Positions 49,651 through 61,279 of a stretch of DNA of 64,000 nt are shown in pieces. The position numbers were made by a program, and so were the translations under genes. Position 1 is the stretch's first letter. The number at the start of each line of letters is the position of its first letter. The notes under the pieces are model-generated. The model was not told the origin of the DNA, searched no databases, and saw only the letters and a list, made by a program, of their open reading frames with translations. The DNA is from Oikopleura dioica (Eukaryota; Animalia; Chordata), in NCBI GenBank assembly GCA_907165135.1, contig OU015569.1, positions 9,486,001 through 9,550,000 on the forward strand. Reading direction: 5' to 3'.

Positions 49651-52600
49651 ATGAAGGCTTTATTTAAACCTGGCGGGAAGGCAGGGATGAAACAAGCTAG
49701 ATTGGAAAGTTAAACCCTTGTGCAGTTGTTTCATCCAGCGTTAGTCGAAAAAGATCCCGCCGAACCAGCTCGTGGGCAAGTTGATGAAAAGCCTCGCTGC
49801 CCTTGAAGAGCTCAAGCTTTGGGTTTTTTGATTAATTTCGGAAATTCAGTCAAGCCTGATATTTCTCGAGGGCACGTGGAAAACCCGCTTTCAGCATGAC
49901 TCGAGAAACGAAGACAAGAAGGACAGCGAGAAGAAGAGCATCAGGTAGCGTTAAAAATCAGCTTCTTTTGCCGAGTCTCCTGTTCAGCACCTATCTGGAC
50001 CGCGCTCTCGAGATATTAATACCAGAAGGAGACTCCCAGGCCCGCCAGAACAACGAAGACTTCATCAAACTCTCACAAGAAATCTACGCTCACAATCTCT
50101 TTACAGGAAATTGGTGAATACTCGAACTACGCACATCGTGCATTTTCGAATGTTATAAACCCCTCTCGTGGGAGAATCAGCTAGCTGGCGGCTCTTAGTA
50201 ACGGAACTGTGATTTTTGAAAAAAGGGTTGTGGATTGAGTGCATCGCCAATTTGACGCGATATCCGGTCTCATCTCCTCGCCGTGCAAATACACAGAGCT
50301 GGACAACGTGCAAATTTATATCCAAAAAAGACGCGGCGCCTGTATTTTTTGTTAATCAAGTTTTGACTCAAACTAGGCGAGTGCGAACTGTGGTCCACTT
50401 TGGAAGTGCCAAGTGATAAGCTGGATTATGCGTCCCGTAGTCGGGCTTATTGGATCGTCTATCTCTAGAACTCTGCATCTACGTCAGCGCTTTTCGTGAC
50501 ACTGTATTAAAAGTTGTAGTGAAAGTGCGTGTCTATTTTTAAGGACGTTCTTGCTCGCTGCGTTCCACGGAAAGCCGCTAGTTTATAACAAGCGCCGACT
50601 TTTCGAATATTATTAACCTAATAATTTGGCGCGAATCTGTCACTTCAGAACTGATGTTGATCCTAAGCCAGAGCCAATATGGCGCGCATTGAGTAGTTCA
50701 AACAACGATTGTTTAGTATTAGCGCATTGTAGACGATTTTGGCGGCTACAGATTCCTGAAAAGGTTGAGCAACATGTTCGGAAGAAGTTGCTGCTTACTT
50801 AAAGGTTAATTTAACATCGCTCGTGAAAACAGATTAATAACTGCGTCCATCTGTTTTTAGAAGAAGTTGAGCATTCCAAATCTTTTATGATCGATTAATG
50901 TTCTGTGGTTGCTGCGGTGGCCACTTGCGGTCCGGGAGAATGTGAAGTGACAAAATTTTGAATTTAAAAATCACCGCAGCATATTCGAATTTCAATGGCC
51001 TTAGGTAGCCTCTACGCATTCTTTTAGGCCTAAAACAGTAGATTTATTGGTCTTCCTGGAAGTCTGGCAAACCGCCGACCAAGCGTTATTACTGACTTCA
51101 TGTCTTCAGTATTCGCATGGTTGAGATTCGAACGGAAATGAAGTCGAGTGCAACCGATGAATAATTTCGAGAGTCCAAGACTAGCGAGCAATTGTTTCGC
51201 AACGGCTTGCCTCAATAAACGATTCGTTTCCGACCTGTTTCATTTCAATACAGGTTAACCTTTTGGATATTGCATGAACGTGGAGATATCGCGCTTTGGA
51301 CGGTGCGATCCGGTGTCGTGGAGGAGAGCCGGAATACTAATTTTGCCTAGGTAATAGGTTTGAGCTCTATCTTGCGGAAAGCGTCCGTCTCGGCGTCCAT
51401 ACTTCATAAGCTGAGTTTACCACAGTTTACTGGTATTATCGGGCAGCCAGGATCGAGTACCTTTGCCGATCACGTACGCTGGCGTCGGCTCTTCTTCACA
51501 TTGCTACAAGTAACTTTAATTAACAACAGCGTGCCTATGCGGCGAAATTTGCATACAGAGCTATGACATAGTGCCCAGATTTCGCACTCGGGCAAATTCA
51601 ATTAATAGCCCCTCGTTCTAGCTATTTGAAAACAACGATCCAAGATGACCCAAAAGCTCACGCTGCTTTAGTGTTTTTCTTTAATTTATAAAATGATCTG
51701 AGAAGCAAGATTAATTGGGAATGAAATCGTCGATTTCATGATCCGTTTAGTACGAAATACTAATGGGAAAAATTCATGTAATCCTTTAGGAGGTAAAGAG
51801 CATCTAAGCAGGATTATCCTGGAACTGATATGGCTTTGACAACGTCGCTCGTCAAAATGTCGCCTGCCGACTGCTGGTAACTGTCTTTGAACCGCTATTT
51901 TCCACGATTTTTTTCACGCTCGATAAAAGCGAAAATGTCACTCACCAGCATGAAACACATCGATAATACCGCTTATTTTCAATTTCGCTGAGATGAAAAA
52001 AGTCCCCTCAAGAACCTAGCGGGCGATTGATACTGAAGATCGCTTGTTTCATTCATTTACGATCTATTTCAGGAGGAAATTACATCTATACGAAATAATC
52101 TAAAATGCTCAGCGATTTTTTGTGTTAGTGGCAGAAATTTGCGAGGCACGCGTTTCAAAGAAGAGCCCGCATATTTATGAGATGCTTGTGGTAGTAATGC
52201 TATCTTTAATTTGCGATTCTAAGTACATCTCTTGAAGACTTGAGTTGACGGTCTGTTCTGCAAGATGTGGAAGAAAATATGTTATTTCGGTAAGAGAAGG
52301 TCTTAATTTCTTCGCCTTTAGACGACGAAGAATGAGTCCACCTTGCAGTTAAATTTAGCTGTTTCCGGAGGCTCAGCTAGTGTGTCAAACAACCCAAGCC
52401 TTTTCCGCTGTCTCTCCAAGGAACAGATAAGAGGAGCTTGTTTTGAGGGACTTTTGTTTTAAAAAGTCGCCAGTATAAATTAAACCTCCGCGCGAAATTT
52501 GAATGATGAAACGATCACCGCGGCTTGCTTTGAAAATTAAAGCTTCCAAGTGAGGGAGAATGGGTTTAGAAGGGCTGGCGCTGATTCAAGCCCGGATGTT

Positions 52601-55600
52601 AGTACTTGTTCAGGATGTTGAGGCCCAAAACAAGCGTTATCGTATCCCCACTGTTCTCAGTTAGATAATCCTCGATACGTTCTTACACAATAGCAACCAT
52701 CTGTACTCACCACAACCATAAGCTCTTATCAAGAATCTAGATGAATTGGAATTCGAGAGTCGAAAAGTCGCTTCAAGGACAGTGTTCGCTACTCGGATAA
52801 AAACGCTCACAGTTCCGAATTTCTTGAGCAAGAAACGTTAAGTCTCTGGTGCATTATTTTTAGCTGAACTCTACCACAGGATATTCAAAAACTTACTTAT
52901 CAGACAAATTGGTACGCGATATCCCATGGTCAACCACATTGCGGAAAATCCCGAAATCCTGTTTTTACTACTCGACGGCTACAAACATCAGTCAAATAGC
53001 GGTAAGCTCTTTAGTAATCAACTGCATCTTGTCGGAATTGTAATTCCTCCCGAATTTTTGTGTTATCGAAATATTTTTGACAGAAGTGTAATTTTCGAAA
53101 AGGAAAATAAAGAACATAGAGCCTTTTTCTAATCGTATTCGATAAGTATTAAGTTGGACTGGTTCCCTGTCGTCGGTCACCACCTGGCACCGTGAAGGGT
53201 TATCGCATCCACTTCAGCTGAACCTGTTGACGCTATTTTAACATAAACGAAGCTTAGATTTCCCGTTGCGCTTTTTCGCTTTAATGTTTTCTGTAGTTTC
53301 CCTTGCCACCAGTTGATATGCGCAAGTGTGGGAATATTGGACCACTATTTTGAAAGACGTTCTTCTAAGCTGACAAGTGAATGACTTGCGCAAGTTGAAC
53401 CAAATTAGTTAAAATTTTCCGTTTTACTTTTCGAGATGTTTCTCCCAAATTGCGCATAAGTCCCGAAGTGACATTTTAAAACAAATCCGAAGGCGAGTTT
53501 TTGAAATTCAGCCTATTAATAGTTCCGTGGAGGGGATTTTTGAAAAGTAGCACTAAACTGTACGGTAGGGAGTCTCTGCTTTCTTACACTTGGCGTTTGC
53601 TATTTAGAAGAGGAATATAAACGGCACATTACATAGATGAACACGCGACCTTTGTGTTTGCATCTTGTGAATGTGTCCATTGCATTTCCTCTTGGGCAGT
53701 CTAAGGTCATGAGAAAGAGTTGTGTTTGGACTCGAGCAGATAGCTAAGAATCGAGCAAAATGAATTTAAAAGTGGCACCCTCGCATTTCCATTAGTTCAC
53801 ATTTGTAAATATTTAGGCCCTTCGCGAAATGATACAAATCTCACTCTACGTACTTTGGAATGCGTGCAATTTATCGCCCCTAAATTGAATTTTCTATAAA
53901 CATATCCCAAATGCGAAATTGCACAAATTCAAAAGCATCCTCGTCATATTTCTAATTCCGTCCAAGCCTTCTATTTTTTAAACTACCAAGTTAGTAGTAC
54001 CGATTCCTTCTACCGGTCATTATGCAAGATATGTATATTCAGGCGGCGCGAAGGGCTACTGCAAGTTAATTTTGTTTAGAACACATGTTAGCTTTTAGAA
54101 ATTATGGACCATGCTTTGTATTTGTTATTACGATTCGCAAATCGGTGAACCCCACTCTAATTCTGAGTGAATGATTCAACGCTAATTTAAATACATCAAA
54201 CATGTTGTGAGCCGAATCAATGACATGATTTGTTTCCACAATGCTTATTGTCATTTCGCGCGTTGGGTTTTCGTAAACTAACGCATTGTTTGTGGAATGC
54301 TCCAGCAGTTCTGTCCGAGCGTTCCATTCTCGAGGACATTCTGAGGCGTTCCAGAAGGATTAAAAATGTTTAGGACTGATCGTGGCTTTATGTGGAGACA
54401 TGCTCCGCGAATGCTTGACGGTGAATGAACAGCTCGTCAAAATTCTGCTGTACGATGAACATCGCAGATTCTACTCTATCTTCGAATATGTCAACCACGA
54501 TGCCTTCGATATTGCCTCCGATGCCTTTAGGACTTTTAGGGTAGGTGTAGCAAATTTTGAACTTTTGGGAAACTCGCAACCACGTCAAGCGCGCCTTTAA
54601 CATTTATCGAGCTTTTAACCACAAACTAGGCAGCTTTAAAATTTCTTAGCAGCAGGACATGTTTAATCTTTTGCACCGGTTTGTGTTCTGTTACTTAATC
54701 TTGCAATTCAGGTCAGTGTCAAGGAAAGGTCTTATGAAGAGAAAGCGCATTTTAGAAAGCATTTACTGTTAGTTACTGAGGTGTCTTTTCTAAATGCACC
54801 GCCAGACTATCACAATATAAACGCAAAGGACATTCGCGTTATCGGCTACTCGCTCATTCTATAACGAGGTTCGATCAAAGGGCAGCGAAATTAAGATACA
54901 CATGTTCTAAAAGCGATAACTCAAAGGAGCAGACTCTAGTCCGCCGAATCGATCAGATGCAGCTTTTGGGAAGTAATTTTTCTTGAAGGAAGTAGTGCTC
55001 AGTCTGTGTTCAGGACGCACTCATTCACAAGAATGAGAAAGACCCCCAACAGAATCCACACAATCAAATCGTGGCCCAGTTCCTCAACGACAACTACAGC
55101 GAGTTCTTCGAGCACTACTCGCGACTGCTGAGGACGGACAACTACGTAACTATCCGCCAGTCATTGAAACTACTTTCGGAGCTGCTGCTCAATCGGGAGA
55201 ACTTCTCCGTCCTACAGAGATACGTTGCGGATGATGCCAATCTCAAGGTCCTTTTTTCTCTTCTTCGGGAAGTAACTCTCTCTTTAGGAGATGATGAAAC
55301 TGCTCGCACATCCTGACTCAAACGCCATCAAATTCGAAGCCTTCCACGTTTTTAAGTGTTTTGTTACGGGATTATAAGATCTTAAGCGTCGTGTATATTT
55401 GAGTATTTGCGGCTATGCCACTTGCAAGCTTCTATTATGGGATCAAGCTGGACTGGTTTGCTTAGAAACGGCCTGTCTCGCCTAATTTTGATTCGGACTC
55501 GCTGAGAAAATCTAGAATTTAAAAGAAATATTTATCGCTTGACCCGGATGAGCAAGGCTGGCAGCTGCCTTTCTTAATCCCTTTGTAGTTGCGAGCCCAA

Positions 55601-55804
55601 CCAAATCTCCTGGAGTCGCCAAAGTTTTATACACCAACCAGGAGAAGCTCATCGAATTCCTCGAAAAATTTCAGGTACCATCTTTGCGACCAATTCCAGC
55701 TAGAACTTTTTAAGCCTGACCGCCAAGAAGACGAGGGTTTCCAAGAAGAAAAACGCTATTTAATCAAGCAGATCCGAACTTTAGAAAAGCCTGCAGACTT
55801 ATGA
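49651..55804 (+). CDS. CAB39: Calcium-binding protein 39 / MO25 scaffold, about 10 exons
   Basis: MKALFKPGGK|SKKIPPNQLVGKL, KLSQEIYAHNL, LDELEFESRK, RQIGTRYP, ALCGDMLREC, FDIASDAFRTF, NYVTIRQSLKLLSELLLNREN, IKFEAFHVFK, EEKRYLIKQIRTL. The first half needs GC and GA donors. Confidence 0.93.
52499..52589 (+). ncRNA. Candidate box C/D snoRNA in the CAB39 2.6-kb intron
   Basis: TTGAA-TGATGA (box C, 52504-52509) ... CTGA (box D, 52581-52584)-TTCAA. The 5-bp terminal stem directly closes the boxes. 91 nt long, about 130 nt upstream of the 3' splice site. Confidence 0.35.
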
Positions 55805-57129
55805 AAGCCTTTTTATTAAAAAAAATGAGCAAATTTATATTATTTATAAGAGTTTTTGTAATTGTTGCCCACAGAACCTCCTGTTTAGCAAACTTCTATC
55901 CTTTCTCAATTGCAAAAACTAAAAATGGCAAAATTGGAATTCTTCTCAGAAACTTTCAACGGCTCTAACAATTCAAAAGTCAGCTTTCTTAACCAAAGAA
56001 TTTGGGCTAAAATCGATGGTGTCTCTTTCCACTGCTGGATTTCTCCCTAAATGTGATCTCCCATATTCAGCGTGTGCATGTTTTCTTTGAATCGCTAAAC
56101 ATTCGCCTGCTGAGTATTCTGTAACTTTCTAGCTTCTGAAATCGAATTTCTAACGACAGGAGAAATCTCATTTATTTATATGGCTTCCTGAGCACATATT
56201 ACCAGCATGTAAATAACCAGTCGCAATTTGACTCCAGAAACAAAAAACACGATTCTGACTTTCAACCTCACGATCAGATCTTTCAACTGTCACCAGTTGA
56301 ACAAATCTGAAGACTGCAATTCTTTTCTTCTTTCATCAAATCATTCAAAGTAACTTTTCATAAAAACTGAGCGAAAAAACTTGATTTGCCTTTCGATGCC
56401 TATTTTAAAACTAATTGTCAATCTATAATTAATATAATTATTGTCTTTACTATTTATTTGCTTTCTCTCTGTCGACAGAAAGCACTCTGATTCATAAAAC
56501 ACAAATCGTTCACAACTCATCCAGTTCAAGCTCGATTTTAATTACCGAGCCAACCTTTCTCAATTTACCCAAGTGAAAAAAGTATTTCTATTTACGCATA
56601 TATTTAGGCTTAGCTGCAATAAATCGCGCATGAGCACAAAATCATTCTTCCCATGAAGCTGTTTCGATAGAGGATAGAAACAGCTTCAATTTCTTTCTTC
56701 TTTTTGGCCGAACTAGTACGGGCGCTATAAAAATAGCCTGATTGCTTGTACGGAGAAGATAAGTGATTTTGGTAAAAATCAGTTCGCCGGATTTTGCCAT
56801 CGCGGCCATTAGACGGCCATGTGGAACATATCATCATCTTTTATCAGCGGTACCACGTCTAATATCGCCACAGTAACACTGCAACTAACCCTCTTTGGCG
56901 AACAATGTTAGAAAGTTTGTTTTTGCATTTATAAAAGATTATTTAATCAATTACACTTTGATACAGACGAGATTATTTCTAAACTCGATTCGATCATGAG
57001 AAACATAGACCACGCGTCTGAGAAGTATTTACGAAATTGTAATGAATCCATGTCATGGACTAATCATAACATGGCTTTTTCTCTCGCCCATTGATTTTTC
57101 TGCATAATGTAAATTGAAAAGCAATCAAA

Positions 57130-58765
57130 AAATTTTTGACAAAAAGTGCACAAAATTTAAGTCTATTTTGAGAAGTCCTATCGCATGAGAAGAGCGGCTA
57201 GTGCTCCTGAGTTGTAGCGATTTGTGCATTTAGCTTGAGCCGGATGGCTTTATGACGAGGTGAACAATAGTTTTTGATCTGTGTGGCAGAACCCTGACAT
57301 TTTCAAAGGACAGATGTCTTTTTTGACTTTGTTCAAGTTATCTTATCACCGCTCGCTGTCCGGTACCTTTTTCCCAAAATATCATTTTGGACTCCGGAAT
57401 GCCAATTTCGTTAACTTTATTGACTAGAAACAAAGAAACAGAGTGATAAAAAGATAGCTCCACGAAGATACTTCGATTCGCAAATTTTAACTCAGTAAGA
57501 GCGGCCACTTCTTCGAGCATAAGGAAAATACGGCGCTTATTCTCCCATTTCCCCGAATTAGGCCGACAACATATTTTATGTAACAGCGAGATCTACTTTA
57601 GCAGATTTTGAAGCGCAGATTTGGCTTCGGGACGCTCCATATCTTATTTTAAGGATATAGCCGTTCTCAAGGCACTTTCGTAGCGCCAAAAGGAGACGAT
57701 AATTTTTTCATTTCATAAGGAACCCTACCTAAAATTGCCTAAGAAACCCGATTCTAGTGTTCTTTTTAATTTTCTAATAGAAAAATTCCTCTCTAGAGCA
57801 ATTTTAAATCTTACGATCACTTTTTCTCGAGAATTTTCCATTAAATCGGTCGAGTTTTTTTGATAAATTAAAAATTTCGACCTTTCTCTACATTTCTAGG
57901 GTCTAAGGTTTAACAGATTCCAATTATTTATGATTCTAGAGCCATTTTTATGAGGCTTACTTGAGTAAGCCGAAGCGTCAGACAGCGCTCTGGTTTGCTG
58001 AGCTGGGCGCCCTCCTCCATCGCGCGGTGAGGCGCGCATGTGAAAGAGCGCGCTGATTGGCCAAGCGACCTGAACGCAGCATTTATGAAAAAGAAAAGCC
58101 AAAAAGAAGAAGACGCTAGAATGAAAATTTGATCGGGTTTTGAAATTTTGAGGCCCTAGGAAGATAGATTAGCAGTTATTTATAATAAGACACGGTTTAG
58201 TTATAGCGATTTAATTGAAAAATTTCGAGAAAAAGTGATCGTAAGATTTCAAATCGCTCCAAAGAGAAATTTTCTTTGAAAAAAATTTTAAAAAACATCA
58301 GAATCGAATTCTAGACATAATTTTAGGTAGGACGTGTCTTGAAATGAAAAAAATTTATCGCCCCATTTCGGCGCTACGAAAGTGCCTTGAGAACGGCTAT
58401 ATCCTTAATTCTGAACAAGTTCAGATGAATCTTTTGGAGCATGCATTTTACTGCTTATTTGAAATATGCAAATAAGGGGATCTTTGTAAGAAATGACTAA
58501 GTGACAGGAAATGTCTGGGCCGCCTTCGAAATTGGCAACCTCGCCTTAAATCTGACTGTTTTTTGAAAATGTAAAAAGCAACAAAGAAATATTTAGAAGT
58601 AGTTTCAGTTTCTGCTTGCATAATGAGCACTGCAAGACTGCTAAACGAGGCAAGTCTACTTTCGCTGACTTGTTCAACACAATAAGAAGTATTTACTTTA
58701 ATCTCATTACACGAGACGTGAGAGGATTTCGACCATTTAGAGCGTGTTGAGTGCGGCAAATTCAA
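57130..58765 (-). pseudogene. Decayed ORF interrupted by the TTAA MITE, family unknown
   Basis: ORFs 58448-58765 and 57338-57520 are in the same frame. Removing the MITE plus one TTAA (756 nt) leaves a ~300-codon frame with only about 7 stops. Confidence 0.35.
57653..58404. mobile_element. 752-bp non-autonomous DNA transposon (MITE) with TTAA target-site duplication, Kolobok-like ends
   Basis: TTAA at 57649-57652 and 58405-58408. Perfect 35-bp terminal inverted repeat GGATATAGCCGTTCTCAAGGCACTTTCGTAGCGCC, extending as an imperfect ~200-bp inverted repeat (e.g. AAATCTTACGATCACTTTTTCTCGA on both arms). No transposase ORF. TTAA plus purine-purine termini fits Kolobok better than piggyBac (CC ends). 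Confidence 0.88.
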
Positions 58766-59166
58766 ATTAGATTATATAAACTCGAACTTCTCCGTTACCA
58801 AGTAAAAGTGCAAACTTGACAGGGTTTGATCTCAATAGAGGAGCTTAAAAACTAATAAGACATTGACTGTCAAATGAGCGATTTATTCGACTTCCCGGGA
58901 GAAGCGAACATGTCAATCCAGAAAGTGTTTTTCAGTGAAAGGCCATTTATTATTGTCAAGGTTGCAAAAGGGCACAGGTGCAAGTGAAGAAACTTTATAA
59001 GCAATCGAGAATTCAACTAGTGATATTTAAAAGCGTCCTCGTAGCGACTGTAAAAAGATGACTGCTTTGTAATGAAGGTCTCAAGAGATGATGTTTTGAA
59101 AGTGGTTCTTGGTATTAATCAGCAAGCAGCCTAAACATGAAAGTATTCAGGAGATGAGACAGTGTA

Positions 59167-61238
59167 ATGGCAACAGGAAATCAAGATTTTTTAGGGGATT
59201 TCATCGAACCAAACGTGAAACGCACCATAATTGCACCATCAGCACTTGCACCTGCACCACTGATTTTGTCAAAGTTCGCGAAACTATTCGCAAACCATCT
59301 TTTCGCTCTTCCTCGATATAGCAAGCTAAGATTAATTGTCGAAAAGTCGGTATTATCAAACCGCTGACTTTGAAATCGAAAGAAGACCGGAAGAAGATCA
59401 AGGCGCGCGGCGGCGGATCAAAGAGATCAATGAAAGTTCCATGCAATGTAATTGTTGTCTCCGTTATGCTCCTTGTAAACCCACTGCTAGCTTACTCGCA
59501 CGCTTCTTATTTAGTTGAATCATATCTGATGCGTTTTTCACACGTAGGGAAATTTCCAAGCATCTTGTAAAATGTCGGACACATGAAAAGATTCGCTGCA
59601 GGAGGGATTGACTTGTGAATCTTGCTCTATTTTTTGCACCTCAGTTCGCCTCTCTCGGCGCAGGATCATTCTTTGATAACTCTTCCGATAAGTTTTTTCT
59701 CTTCTCGTTCACAAGAAGTCTCAACAGTCTCGACTTAGAGAACGCAGAATGGAATTCTTTCTAGGTTAGCTGCCCCAAGAGAATATGAGCTACTGTAGAA
59801 ATACATTTGCTTAAAAGAATTATTAACTACTAAATAAACATTTTTTTTTACTTTTGATCTTCAAAGTGAGAATTGATTAATTGAAATTGAGATGAAAAGG
59901 CGCGGCGGGATGGCGATTTCCGATTCTGAGCGACCACGAGGTTGTCCGCCTGCTACAAAAGCCTCGGCACGCGAACTCGCAGCTCATTCTCAACTTTGAC
60001 AGAGGTCCTCAATTTGACACAGGCCAAGATTTTGAAAACATTTTTCGGCATTTGTTGACCACTAAAAGCAGACAGCGACTTGGATCAGCTGAAAATGTAC
60101 CTGGACGGCTACCTTGACTCTGGGAGTTTTTTCGACGCCACTGATCCGAGCTGGACTAGTTACCTTCAGTTTCAGATTCAAATGGAAAACTACTTCAAAA
60201 CGATCTCACCTCAAGGAAACGATTTCCACAGTCATAGAGAGATTCTTGATATTTTTAAATTTTGGAAAAAAATGTCGTAAACCGTAAACAGAAGTCAATC
60301 CTTTTCCTGCTGCTTCGGAATTGTTGTCTTCGTCAGTAGAAGCACCTGTGGCTGTGGGACGAGAGCGAAAAGAAAAGCGCTCTTACAAATACAAAGTTGC
60401 AGCGTTGAAAGCTGCCAACGCCGCCTTGCTACAGCCTTTGAAGCAAATCCACAATACGATTTCTCAAGAGGAGAAAGAGGAAAATATCTCCGAGGGGTTC
60501 ATAATGCTGGTGAAACGTGTCCGAATACGCCTTGGCTTCACTCAGGCCGAGTTTCGTCATGTTTAGGATCACTTCATTTTAGCTTTTAACTTCTCATTAA
60601 ACGAGGATTAACCGCTCTATTCGGCTGCTGGCTCAGCGGCAAATTCTTCATGATTATCTGATAAGCGCATCTTGAGATTTGGCTTTTGGATATATTTTTT
60701 TAGGCCAAGGCCTTCTCATCCTTATCGAACTTTTTATGTTCTCAATCGCATGTTTTGGAACTCCGTCAAAGTCAGACTTGGGCTCTAGCCTGGGGGCAAT
60801 GTACGGCAAGCAATTCTCACAGACGACAATTTGCCGCTTCGAGTCTCGACAGCTATCGAGCAGCAACATGAAACGGCTGGTGCCGCTTTTGAAGAGGTGG
60901 GTGGACGATGCCGAGACGAACCCGGCTCAGGTAATTCAGAAGACGAACGAAGAAGTGATCAAAAAGGAACGGCTAGCTAGAAAATAAGCTGATCAGCAGA
61001 AATGCCTTCTTCATATGCTAAGTTATATCATATAACTTACATGGCTAACCCTAAGCAGACCAAAAAGCGAGATGTTAGTGAGCCTGATGTTGCAGCGATT
61101 TTGGAGAAGCAATTTTTGAAAAATTCGAAACCAACGGCGGCTCAGCTTTCTGTGATGGCCAGATCTTTAGATTTGGACAAAGAGGCGCTTCGAAATTGGT
61201 ACACGCGGCAGAAATCCAACTCAATAACCCTGGCGTAA
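59167..61238 (+). CDS. Divergent POU-domain transcription factor; 5' exons uncertain
   Basis: The POU-specific domain KRVRIRLGFTQ|SDLGSSLGAMYGKQFSQTTICRFESRQLSSSNMKRLVPLLKRWVDDAE is split by a GC-AG intron (60546-60771). Homeodomain-like last exon KKRDVSEPDVAAILEKQFLKNSKPTAAQLSVMARSLDLDKEALRNWYTRQK (61056-61238). The start at 59167 is a guess. POU class not assignable. Confidence 0.8.
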
Positions 61239-61279
61239 TGATGCCTCAGACCCAGCTACGCCTTTCGCCCGGATAAATT

